This document shows, one piece after another, positions 27,101 to 38,992 of a stretch of 64,000 nt of DNA (position 1 is its first letter; each line of letters starts with the position of its first letter). Location: the NCBI RefSeq assembly GCF_009914755.1, contig NC_060947.1; one strand, written 5' to 3'. The notes under the pieces were generated by a model. That model did no database searches. It was not told where the DNA came from and worked only from the letters and a program-made list of their open reading frames with translations. A program made the position numbers and the translations under genes. Origin of the DNA: the human T2T-CHM13v2.0 reference genome, Homo sapiens.

Positions 27101-28304
27101 TTCTTCTACAAAATCATAGTTGCAAATGCATTACCAATATCTTTATTAATATAACTAAACTTCACAATATCTCACAGCCTTTAAGAAGTCCCAGAATACT
27201 TGAACATTTAAAATCACATTTTACCCCTCCTTCAGAGGTTAAATGCTACCACCTGGAGGACAACCATAATCTAATTCAATGTGCATATTTGTACACTGAT
27301 GTTGACTAAATTGGATTAGAGTTCTTCCAACTCTAGATCCCCAAATTCTTCACAATTCTCAGTCAGTGACACTATAGTACCATTTGTTTTATTTAATGTA
27401 GGTGGCCATCTGAGGGAAAATTATAGATGAAAGCAGAATACTGGGAAATAATGAAAGACTTTCACTAATGAAATAAAAATTGTAAAGATCCTATTATTCA
27501 GAAATACTGTTTTCACATTCTCTGAACATAGCCTATGTAACTTTTTCTTTTGGCCATCCAGGTATCTTAACTACCCTAGAGAGGAGTACCCAATGAGACA
27601 GGGGTCTGGCTTTCATCAGTTTCATCTTTGATTTTTAACTTAATTCTCTTGATGGCTTTTTAAAATCACCAGCACAGCATATTTTAATCTCCATGTATTT
27701 TATTCTCTGTAGCAAATGGCAATTTCTCTTCAAGGAGAATCAGAGTTCCAATGTCTTAGAGTTTCAGCTAGGCTATATTTACATTCATCAAACACAGTTT
27801 CCAGAATTTTCATTTCTAAAATTATGTTTTAAGACAGAAGCTAGTAGAACTTGTCTTATCCACTGACAGCTGAGACCACTAACTTGTATAGAAAGCTGCT
27901 ACAAATTACTCAATGGTTTAAAAATTCAATATAGCTATTAAAGGATGCTGTTTCACTGTAAGCATCAATAGAGAAACTGAGCCTCCAGAGAGTTATAAAG
28001 AGGTGGAGTTTGATTTAGAATTCCTCCATCTCCAAATTACCTAGCACTTGTCATGTTATCCTGGACTTATCCAAAACCCTTTCTTGCTTACCCCAGTGCT
28101 TTATTCAAATCATTGGTTTAAACCCATATTTCTAAAACATGTTTTTTCTCTTCATTTTAGTGTCAATTTTTTACTAGCTAGGTTTTAGAAATAAAGTAAT
28201 AAGATTTCATTAAACATCATTACTAAATAATTTTTTTTATTTAGAATGATTGTTACATTTAGAATGACTTCATTTAGAATGATTGACATCTTTCTATTAA
28301 CCCC

Positions 28305-29080
28305 AATTCATTCATCCAATGAATGTTATATTGAATACCTACTATAAACCAAGCATTAGGCTTGGAAATTAGATACAACTTTTAGAAAAAATAGACACAA
28401 TTCCTTACGTTATTACTTAAAATCTCATAAGAAGCAATAGATATTAATAAAATAACCACAAAGAGAAGGACCTGATGTCATGAGTGGTTTTGACCTAGAC
28501 TTGGAATTCAGGGAAGGTGAAGTTCTGGGACTGTGCTGATGGAGGTGATATCTATAAAGTAAGAATGAATAAGAAGAGAAAGAGGAAGAGAAGACTATTC
28601 CAGAACCCATGGTAGGTAGGAACTTTCCAAGTACAAGGGCATATGAGAAGGCCAGCATGACTAGAGTAGAAATCATGGGGAAACAGTTGAAGATGAAGCT
28701 AAAGTGGTAAGGGGAAGCCACAGGTACTTGAAGGTCATGATCCAAAGTTTTTATTTTTGTTCTTTTAACCACAGAGTGATGTGAAGTTATTTAATTGTAG
28801 AAGATTGTAGATGATGATGAGGTTTGATTAGATTTGCAATTTGAAAAAAAGGCAGTCCTGTTACTGCAGAGATAATAAATTGGAAGGTAGAATACTTAGG
28901 AGACTGTTGGAGTACTACATGTGAAAGAGGATCATGATAATAGCATCTACCAGGAGTTTAAGCATGTGAAGCCCTGGACACATCCAAGTGGAGATTTTGA
29001 ATAGGCCCACTGAAACATGTCCTTGGTATTCAGAGGAAATATCTGGGCTAAAGGTATGATTCACCACATTGGGGTAGTTG
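28305..29080 (-). mobile_element. L2 fragment
   Basis: attcattcatcc..tattgaatacctactat..; ggacacatccaagtggagat..gaggaaatatctgggct. Confidence 0.6.
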
Positions 29081-29109
29081 ATTTTAAATGGTTTGCTAAT
29101 TTAAGCTAG

Positions 29110-31094
29110 CATATTAGTGTGTTCTCATGCTGCTATAAAGAAATACCTGAGACTGGGTAATTTATTAAGAAAAGAGGTTTAATTGAATCACAGTTCCTCA
29201 TGACTGGGGAGGCCTCAGAAAACTTACAATCATAGCTGAAGGCACCTCTTCACAAGGCAACAGGAGAAAAAATGAGTTCCAGCAGGGGATATGTCACACG
29301 CTTATAAAACCATCGGATCTCATGAGAACTCACTCCTCACTATCACGAAAACAGCAAAGGGGAAACCGTCCCCATGATTCAATTACATCCCACTGGGTCA
29401 CTCTCAGGACACTTGGGGATTATGGAGACTATAATTCAAGATGAGATTTGGGTGGGGACACAAAGCCTAAATGTATCATTCCACACCTGGCCCCTCCCAA
29501 ATCTCATGTCCTCACATTTCAAAACATAATCATGACTTCCCAATAATCCCCCAAAGTCTTAACTCATTCAGTATTAACCCAAATGTCCAAGTCCAAAGTC
29601 TTATCTGAGACAAGGCAAATCCCTTCTGCCTATGAGCCTGTGAAATCAAAAGCAAGTTACTTACTTCCTAGATACAATTGGGATACAGGCTTTGGGTAAA
29701 TATAACTGCTCCAAATGGGAGAAATTGGCCACAACAAAGGGGGTACAGGCCCCATGCAAGTTCGAAATCTAGCGGGTCAGTCATTAAACCTTAAAGTCCC
29801 AAAATTATCTCCTTTGACTCCATGTCTCACATCCAGGTCACTCTGATGTAAGAGTTCGGCTCCCACGGTTTTGAGCAGCTCCGTGCCTGTGGCTTTGCAG
29901 GATACAGCCCCCCTCCTGGCTGCTTTCATTGGCTGGCATTGAGTGTCTGTGGCTTTTCCGGTGCACGGCACAGCACAAGCTGTTGGTTAACCTACCATTC
30001 TAGGGTCTGGAGGACGGTGGCCCAAAGCTGCACAAAGCATGGGCCCTGGGCCTGGCCCAAGAAACCATTTTTCCTTCCTAGGCCTCCAGGCCTGTAATGG
30101 GAGAGGCTGCTGTGAAGGATTCTGACATGCCCTGGAGACATTCTCCCTTTTGGTGATTAACATTTGGTTCCTCATTACTTATGCAAATTTCTGCAGCAGG
30201 CTTGAATTTCTCCCCAGAAAATGGGTTTTTCTTTTTTATCCCATCATCGGGCTGCACATTTTCCAAACATTTGTGCTCTGCTTCCTCTTCAATGCTTTGC
30301 CACTTAGAAATTTCATCCCCCAGATACCCTAAATCATCTCTCTCAAGTTCAAAGTTCCACAGATCTCTAAGGCAGAGGCAAAACGCCACCAGCCTCTTTG
30401 CTAAAGCATTGCAAGAATCACCTTTATTCCAGTTCCCAACAAGTTTCCCATCTCCATCTGAGATCACCTCAGCCTGGACTTCATTGTCCATATCACTATC
30501 AGCGTTTTGGTCAAAGCCAACAAGTCTCTAGGAAGTTCTAACCTTTCCCACACCTTCCTATTTTCTGAGGCCTCCAAGTCTCTAGGAAGTTCCAAACTTT
30601 CCCACATTTTTCTGTCTTCCTCTGAGCCCTCCAAACTATTTCAAACTCTGCCTGTTACTCAGTTCCAAAGTGGCTTTCACATTTTTCAGGTATCCTTACC
30701 ACAGCACCCCACTACCTCGGTACCAATTTACTGTATTAGTCCATTCTCAGGCTACTATAAAGAAATACCCGAGACTGGGTAATTTATACAGAAAAAAAGG
30801 TTTAATTGACTCACAGTTTTGCATGACTGGGGAGGCCTTGGGAAACTTCCAATCATGGCGGAAGTCACCTCTTTGCAGTGCTGCAGGACAAAAAGTGAGT
30901 GCCAGCAGGGCAAATGCCACACACTTATAAAGCCATAAGATTTGGTGAGAACTCACTGTCACAAGAACAGCATGGGAGAAACTGCCCCCATTATTCAATT
31001 ACCTCCCACCAGTTCCCTCCCACGACATGTGGGGATTATGGGGATTAAAATTCAATGTGAGGTTTGGGTAGGAACACAGAACCTAACAATATTA
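29110..31094 (-). mobile_element. THE1C/D-like MaLR element: LTR 29110-29478, internal 29479-30732, LTR 30733-31094
   Basis: two similar ~365-bp LTRs; internal MaLR ORF remnant (DNEVQAEVISDGDGKLVGNWNKGDSC..LWNFELERDDLGYL); TSD gctag/actag. Confidence 0.95.
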
Positions 31095-31838
31095 ACTAGC
31101 AATTAAATATATTTGTTCAAATGTATACAGTAATGTTTAAGTTCCATCACTGCCTATCTACTTATAAGTTTTCCCCCATCTCAAAGACATAAATAAATTT
31201 TAAAAAAATGCTTATTTGATTATAACAAATCATCAAATAGAACAATGATTTTGTGAAATTGCAGGCTGCCTTTCTTACTGCCCTCCAGGAATCATTAATT
31301 GAAGTCTGAGAAACCAAATTCTAGGATTAAAATTAAAATACAAAATGTGAATTCTATGAAAGTACACAGCCTTTATTAAATAGGCTAAGAAACAAAAGAG
31401 TTCAGGAAATTTCCAAGGAATTCTGGAAGTTATTACGATGTCCTATATTCTTTCAAAAAATGATTTGTGGCTTTTAAATTTACACATAATGCAAAAGAGA
31501 ATAATCAAAAATAAAATTACAACAAAATCAATAAAATGAAAACAATGACTTTGATATTGTTAATCATAGCAGATAATTACATACAATAATTGGGCTCTGA
31601 ATTGAGTATTCTGCATTCTTATCAGTTAAAAGAAAAACCGGAGAAATGTTGAGGTACATCAGTTCTATATACTGAACACAAATTGAAATGTATTATCTGA
31701 AAATTACATAAATCATAAAGTTGAAACTTTCCTGCAACATCTAGAATGCAACCTTGTCTTTGTTGCATAATTCTCAGTGTTGGGCAAAAGAGGTTATCCG
31801 TATTTTCTCTTGAGATAAGTTATTTTGTATTAAATTCA

Positions 31839-32162
31839 AGAAAACCATTATTCTCAGCAAACTAACACAGGAACAGAAAAGCAAACACTGCATGTTCTCA
31901 GTTATAAGTGAGAGCTGAGCAATGAGAACACATGGGCACAGGGAGGGGCACACCACACACGGGGGCCAGTTGGGGGAGACTGTTGGGGGAGAGAGTTTTA
32001 GGGAAAACAGCTAATGTATACTGGGCTTAATACCTATGTGATGGGTTGATAGGTGCAGCAAATGACCATGAAACATGTTTACCTATGTAACAAACCAGCA
32101 CATTCTGCACATGTACCTCGGAACCTAAAAAAATAAAATAAAAATTGTTTTAAAAATAAAAA
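31839..32162 (+). mobile_element. LINE-1 3' end (L1PA10/11-like)
   Basis: attctcagcaaactaacacaggaacagaaaa..gcttaatacctatgtgatgggttgataggtgcagc, A-rich tail. Confidence 0.9.
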
Positions 32163-35100
32163 GGCATTCATTGTGCCTCGAGAACCTGATAGAAATTTGG
32201 CATAGGTAAAACAGTTGTTTGGCAAAATGATTGCTTAGTTGTCTGAACTCTTCAGCATGTACCAGTGGCTTTTTAGAACTCCGTTTTCTCCTCTTGTGTA
32301 GACCTTCAGTCATTGAATGTCATTTATAATGAAGCAATTTTAACAGACTTTAACTCACAGATGCAGAAACAGAGCTTAGCACTGATGTGAAGATCATATT
32401 CTCTTAGATATCGTTTCTTAACGTGGAAGCTACTCTTTCCTCCAAATAAAACAATTATTGATCTACTTTTTTAGTTTAGGTAACAAATGGTTAAGTTTTG
32501 TAAGTTATAAGGGAGCCAGGCAACTCCTGAAACACATTTTTGGTAACAAGCTACTTTAACTGGCTTTTCATGCGGAAGACTAAATAAATGTGTTGTGTTT
32601 TGTAAATGCACAAAACAACAGTGTTATCTGTATGAATTTGTTTGTAAATATAACCCTTGTAAATTCTTAAGTGGCTTTCGACTCATCTATTATTTTAACG
32701 GAAATATAAAAAATAAGAGATGCAGGTTGTCTTGTTTCTAAAAGAGACTTGTTACATACTGCGGTGCAAATTATATATTGGTTCAATTCTATCTTATGAC
32801 AATAGTGAGGTCTTCTTGAAACTGAGAGTACTCCTCTTTAAGTACTGATAAATGCTAATAAATGCTTTACTGAAAACTTTGTTACATGAATACAAAACCT
32901 TAATTACCAAGCCAATTATTATGTTTGCCATGACTTCAAAGGGATATTTCTTCAGGGTCTTTCCTGTGAGGGGATGTTTAATAACTTCTTTGGGACCTTC
33001 TGCCTGTGAAACAGTATAGACCTATACTTTGGTGCTTTTAAAGAGCAGGATACTAGAAAAGAAATTGGTTGTTTGGGGATTGATTGTTGAGATGTCAGAA
33101 AGAGATGCTTACAAAGCCAATATTTGGTTAGGTAATATAATAATGATAGAAGTCATTTCAATGTAACCTTAGAATTTCACAAAGTATTTTCACATTTATA
33201 TAATGTGAATATGAACAACATTCTGGTAGGTAATACATAAGACATAAATATAAAACAGTAATTCAAAGAGATAAAATCTACGGGTTTTAAATATTTCTGT
33301 CTTTTGTAAATTTGCTGATTATTATCAGCCTCAGTCCTGCATTGCTGTATCTTCTCTTTCTCTTTCAAGTGTCCAAGAGCTTTTCTTGCTATTCCTATGA
33401 AACCCTAGGTTGTGGCTATATTTAGCAGACTATGAGGAATACTCTTGGCCTCATCCAATTTTTTCTCCCTGGGTAATTTTAAGGAAACAAATGATCCGCA
33501 ATCAAGATATACTAATTGTTCTTTCCTTGCTGATGGATGACATGGATTACTTTTTAAGATTCAATTCAACAGGGCATTTATGAAGTCACCACTATGTGAG
33601 TCTTGTATGAAGGTTCTGGTTCTGATGCATATCATTGTTTTCAAGGAGCTTGCAATTTGACCGACTTGAGGGAAATATACATCATTAAAAACATAGCAAG
33701 GAAAAAGGAAATAATCACTCTATTAGAAGTTTAAGCAAACATAGTCAAGTGCAGAGGAAAGCACAGCAGTTATAGAAGGTTTCACAAATGAAATATTGTT
33801 TGATCTTGATCTCAAAAATTACCAGACTTTAATAGAACTATATACACAAAAGAAACATGACTGTGGGTGGAGGGTATTTGGCAAATACTGAAGAGTTGAT
33901 AAGGCTAATCAAAACATCTCATTGAAAATATCAACTATAATATGAACAAAGCATTTTCTTCAGAAATAAATGATTATGTCAGAAACATATTTTTTAAAAT
34001 AACATTTTCAAAGCTATGCTTCATGCTTTTATAATGGTCCAAAAAGAAAACATCTGCAGACCTATAAGAAAAAATCTAATATAAATTTCCCTTTAACTGT
34101 TCATCTCAATTCCTTCCACATAAAATTCAATAATCAGTTGCTTCTCTGTGAGTGTCTCCAGGACTTGTATGCACATGATTGTTGACTGGGGTTTATGGGA
34201 AGATTTGCAAGTATCCTATCATGTGGCTTTTCTGGGTTGATCATATTCGAGAGACAGTAAATACTTAGAGTTTGCTGGGAACCGTGTCTTTAAAAAATAT
34301 AAGTTTTACTATGTGTTTCCCTACACTTTTGTCTTAGCAGATAGAAAATAGCCTCAAGTATTCATCTTGTTCTATTCAAACAAAGCTGAGTTGCATGCTA
34401 CCTTAGTAGTAAACAGATGGATTTTACTTAAGGCAGAATCGGCATAAGCATTAGCCTTCTGTTCCATTATATATCTAGGGTTACATAATCAATTTTGTTA
34501 ATACCTTAAAACATGCATTACCATTCATGGAACAGATCTGCCATTGTGGCGAATATAAAGGAATGGTTTTACAACTTTTCCATTTAGAGTAACGGGAAAC
34601 TGAGAAGGTTTATGCATTTATTTATCCAGTGCTATTTCAAATATCAATAAAAACCAAGATGTTATTTTCAATAGATTTGTTAAAGTTATCTGAGATGACT
34701 TGTTCAGGAGACTAGTGTGTTTTTCATTAATTTCTGAAGCAAGAGAAGTCGTAATATGACAACTGCTACGTTTCACCAACAAAGTCATTTAGTAAGAAAA
34801 AAATAAATTGATTGTTTACCATTATAGAGTCAAAACAATACATTCTTTGATTAATTTTTTTCACTGCTCAACTTTTTGAAAGGAGGTATGAGTATACGAC
34901 GCATTCCTTATTCTTGAAAAAAGCTTGCATAATTATTAAAACATCAAAGCAAAGCATATTCTGGTCACTAGAGTCCACACTTAATCTTGTTAATTGCTGT
35001 TTCCTCGCAGGTTATATCATGATGTTTAGAACACAATAGGTATTTATAAATGATAGATAAACTTATACAAAAAAGATAACACAGTATCTTCAAGATGCTG

Positions 35101-35383
35101 CTACCACTTTTCCTAGGTTTAAGTTTGGGTACATTTGATGGCATGTAAACTTTAATTGAATCAACACTATACAGACTCCATCACCATATCTTAGGTGATT
35201 AAAAAGGTACTCACCTCAAACACACCTAAGAAATCTATTTTAGTATGTGACCATTAGATGTATCTTGATATTCAAATATGGAATATGTTGACAAGTAAAA
35301 ACTAAGATATTAAACACAGTATCAAATATAGGTTTAAGCATTTAAGAAATTATAAATTATCTCAGGAAACTGATGAATGATGT

Positions 35384-36009
35384 CATGTTAGTTTCATATT
35401 GTTGCATAATAAACTACCACAAATTTAGCAGCTTAAAAGAACATTCATTTATTATCTCAAATTTCTGTAGGTGAGAAGTCTGAGCTGGGGTTGGCTGGAG
35501 TTAGCTGAATTCTCTGATTAAGGTCCCATGAAACTGAAATCAATATCGCCAGAAAGACTGGTCTTATCTGAAAGCTCTGAGGGGGAATCTGCTTTCCAGT
35601 TTATTGAGGTTGTTGGCAAAAATCAAATTTTCATGGTAGTAGATGTAATGTCCCTGTTTTCATGTCCTAGAGGCTGCCCACATTCCCATATACCTTAGCA
35701 TGCGACCTTCTCCATCTTCAAACCAGTAACACTGACTTGAGGTCTTCCTGTGCTTCATAACTCTCACTTTCTTTTCTATGACCAGCTGGAGAAAAGGCTC
35801 TGATTTTAAAGGGCTCTTGTAATTAGCCCTGACACACCCAGATAATCTCCCTATCTTAAGATCAACTGATTTAAACACTTAAATATATCTGCCATATCCT
35901 TACACAGCAGTACCTAGATTTGAATTTGATTGAATAACTGGGACAAGATAAGTAACTGGAATAAGGAGTCAGGAATCTTTGAGGCCTTCAAATAATTTTG
36001 CCAACCACA
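35384..36009 (-). mobile_element. MLT1 (MLT1E-like) MaLR LTR
   Basis: aaactaccacaaatttagcagcttaaaa..; cccagataatctccctatcttaagatcaactgatt; ends ttttgccaaccaca. Confidence 0.8.
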
Positions 36010-37416
36010 TATGGGCTTCATAAAATCGGGTAGTAAATTAGGAAAAGAGAAGGGTAAGCAATACAAAGAATAGCTGCTTAATATAGAAAGCCCCTTATAA
36101 GCTTTATTAGGCTTATATAATAGCTTATATTAAGCTATTATAGATTTATGAGGAAAGTCATTGTCAGCTACAATTTCATCTTAGAGAGCTCCAGATCCAG
36201 CTGAGATCAAGAAGACCAGAGAATGTCAAAAGAAACCCTTGAGAGAAAAAGAAAGAAAAGAAATGAATCAATGAGTTCATTTGTTTGAATGCCTGAAAAA
36301 ATAATATTAAAAGGTCTTTTACAGATCTAACATATTTAATAATGTTTAAATTGAATTGAATTAGGCCAATAAAAAGATGGAAAGTTAACACTGGGATATG
36401 ACAAAGAGTTGTACAAAAAAGCAAATGTAACTACAGCACCCTATGTGGCCCAATTGTGGGCAGTATTTACATACTCCTGACAAATGAACCACTGAATATT
36501 AATTTAAGAAAAATTGAAATGTAATTCTATTGATAATGTTGAAAGAGAGATAAAGTAGAGTGAGATAACTAAATTCTCATCTACCAAAAAAGGAAGTCAA
36601 TACATATTATATGGAAAGAAAAAATACAAACATAGCAATCAAAGCTATTATCCAAAAATGTGGAAGCAAACACATGAATTAAGAGATAAAACTTAAAAGT
36701 GCTTGCTCTGGAGGAGTGGCACATGGGACTGCTATTCTCCATAAGCACTTTAGTGCCCTTTGACTTTTTATAGTATAGTCAAAAGTTACATTAATAAATA
36801 TTAAACTAATTAAAACATATTTTAGACATATACATGTTTGTCAATAAGGATTTATGAAAACGTATTTCAAACTTCAGGAAATCAAATAGTCTCAAATTCT
36901 ACCTTCAAATATTAATAAATACATCAACTGCATGTGTTCAGTTGAAAACTCAGTAACATCACTTGCATTAGTTAAAATGAGACATTCATAACTGGCTAAT
37001 ATCTAACTTGATACTCATTTTCCTGAAAGCAACGCTAACTAATATATGCATATATAACTTCACTTCAGGCTTGTTGAAGCTAGCTAATTCTCAATATTTT
37101 GCTAGTCTTAGCATCATGATAATCTTTTGTCAATATCAAAAACACTATTTTGCTAATGTGTCCTAATGATGATACCTCTGAATGTCAAATAACAAGTCTT
37201 TACATTGGGAGAAGAGGACTCAACACAAGCAGACAGTTGCCAGGGCACTACCAGTCCAGGATATATTTTCTTACACTTCACTTTCATACTTCAATTGCCT
37301 CCCTTCCAAGCCAATTGTAAAAATTCATGCATAATCTCAAGAAATGCCTTAAAACAGACCAATACGTTCAGGTAATGTGAACGGTGCAACATCAATACTT
37401 TTCTGTGTTTTAACAG

Positions 37417-38093
37417 TGTTACCAGAAAGGGGTCCTGATCCAGACCCAAGAGAGGGTACTTGAATCTCGCACAAAAAAGAATTCAGGCCGAGTCCACAGT
37501 GCAAAGCAAAAGCAAGTTTATTAAGAAAGTAAAGTGGTGAAAGAACAGCTACTCTATAGACAGAGTAGGGTGTTCCTGAAAGTAAGAGGAGGGACTTGTC
37601 CACTCTAGGTACAATACTTGCTCATATATGGGATAAAAAAAGATCTCAGTTAATTTAGAAAGTTTATTTTGCCAAGGTTGAGAAGGTCCACCTGTGACAT
37701 TGCCTCAGGAGGTCCTGACGACATGTGTCCAAGGTGGTCAGAGCATACCTTGCTTTTATATATTTTAGGGAGACATGAGATATCAATCAACGTATGTAAA
37801 ATAAACATTTGTTTGGTTCGGAAAGGCAGGACAACTGGAAGCAAAAGCAGGACAAGTCAAAGTGGGGAGGGGGCTTCCAGGTCACAGGTAGGTGGGAGAC
37901 AAACAGTTGCAGTCTTTTGAGTTTCTGATTAACCTTTTTAAAGGAAGTTATCAGATTTGCATTTATCTCAGTGAACAGAGGAATGACTTTGAATAGAACG
38001 TAAGGCAGGTTTGCCCTAAGAAATTCCAAGCTTGAATTTTATTTTTTTCTTTAGCTTAGTAACATTGGGGGCCCAAGATATTTTCCTTTCACA
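37417..38093 (-). mobile_element. MER4A-like ERV1 LTR
   Basis: tgttaccagaaaggggtcctgatccagaccc ... cctcaggaggtcctgacgacatgtg ... atattttcctttcaca. Confidence 0.85.
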
Positions 38094-38992
38094 TAAGAAA
38101 ACAGAGCAATAGACCTAAGAAGAATCTGCCTATGACTCTTGAAACTCCACAAAGAAAACAGAACACCCCAAAAGGAGTGGGTGGTGCCTTTGTTTTGAAT
38201 TCTTTAAAGGGATTCAAGTCACTAGAAGCCTTCTTTAGATTTTTTTGGTACTGCAGATGGCAAAGGGAGAAGGAGATATAGGGTGGAAGAAAAGTACACA
38301 AAATAACATTTTATTTTAAAGACAGGAAGCAAACACAGAAACCGAGCACTTTTGTTTGTTTCTTGTTTGTTTGTTTGTTTGTTTGTTTGTTTTTCTTCTT
38401 TTGAAGCTGCGAAGAAGTTTGACCAGATTAGAGCAGCTTTATTACCTATAATTTGGAATTCTCACTTGAATTTGACCATGTCAGGTAGAGTTGGTCAAAT
38501 CTGATGGAAGAAAGACCAGAACACACAACAACAACAACAAAATACCCCAACAATATGATCGCAGAATGTTCTAATGGTAGAGAGAAATTAAGACCAGCTG
38601 GTTGTTACACCTTAGCCAAGACAAAACCCTAACTCAGCTATTTACCTAGGGATGGGTCTCAGGCTGAAGACTGCTCTCTATCATCCTAGAAACAGGAAAA
38701 AACTCAAACTCATCTTCCCTGCAGGAGCAAAATCAAACTTCATAAAGGAGTTATTGGCCTTCCATCATCACAGAAGCAGGAAATCTTGCCTTACTCGTTG
38801 AAGGCAAATACAACTCCAGAAAAAAAGGTGAATTGTACAGCAAAATAAATTTTAGATTTTGACCAATTTTTGGACATTAGGGATTCTCTGGAGAGGGTGC
38901 TCCCAGACCTCAGCACACTGTCCTGTTGCTTTGGGCCATAAAATTAGCTCATGCTGGTACCAAGCACCAATAGGAGATTTGTCAAAGGTCAA
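38094..38992 (-). mobile_element. MER4-group ERV1 internal fragment, contains (TTTG)n at about 38352-38392
   Basis: ttacctagggatgggtctcaggctgaagactgctct..; gtaccaagcaccaataggagatttgtcaaaggtca. Confidence 0.7.
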
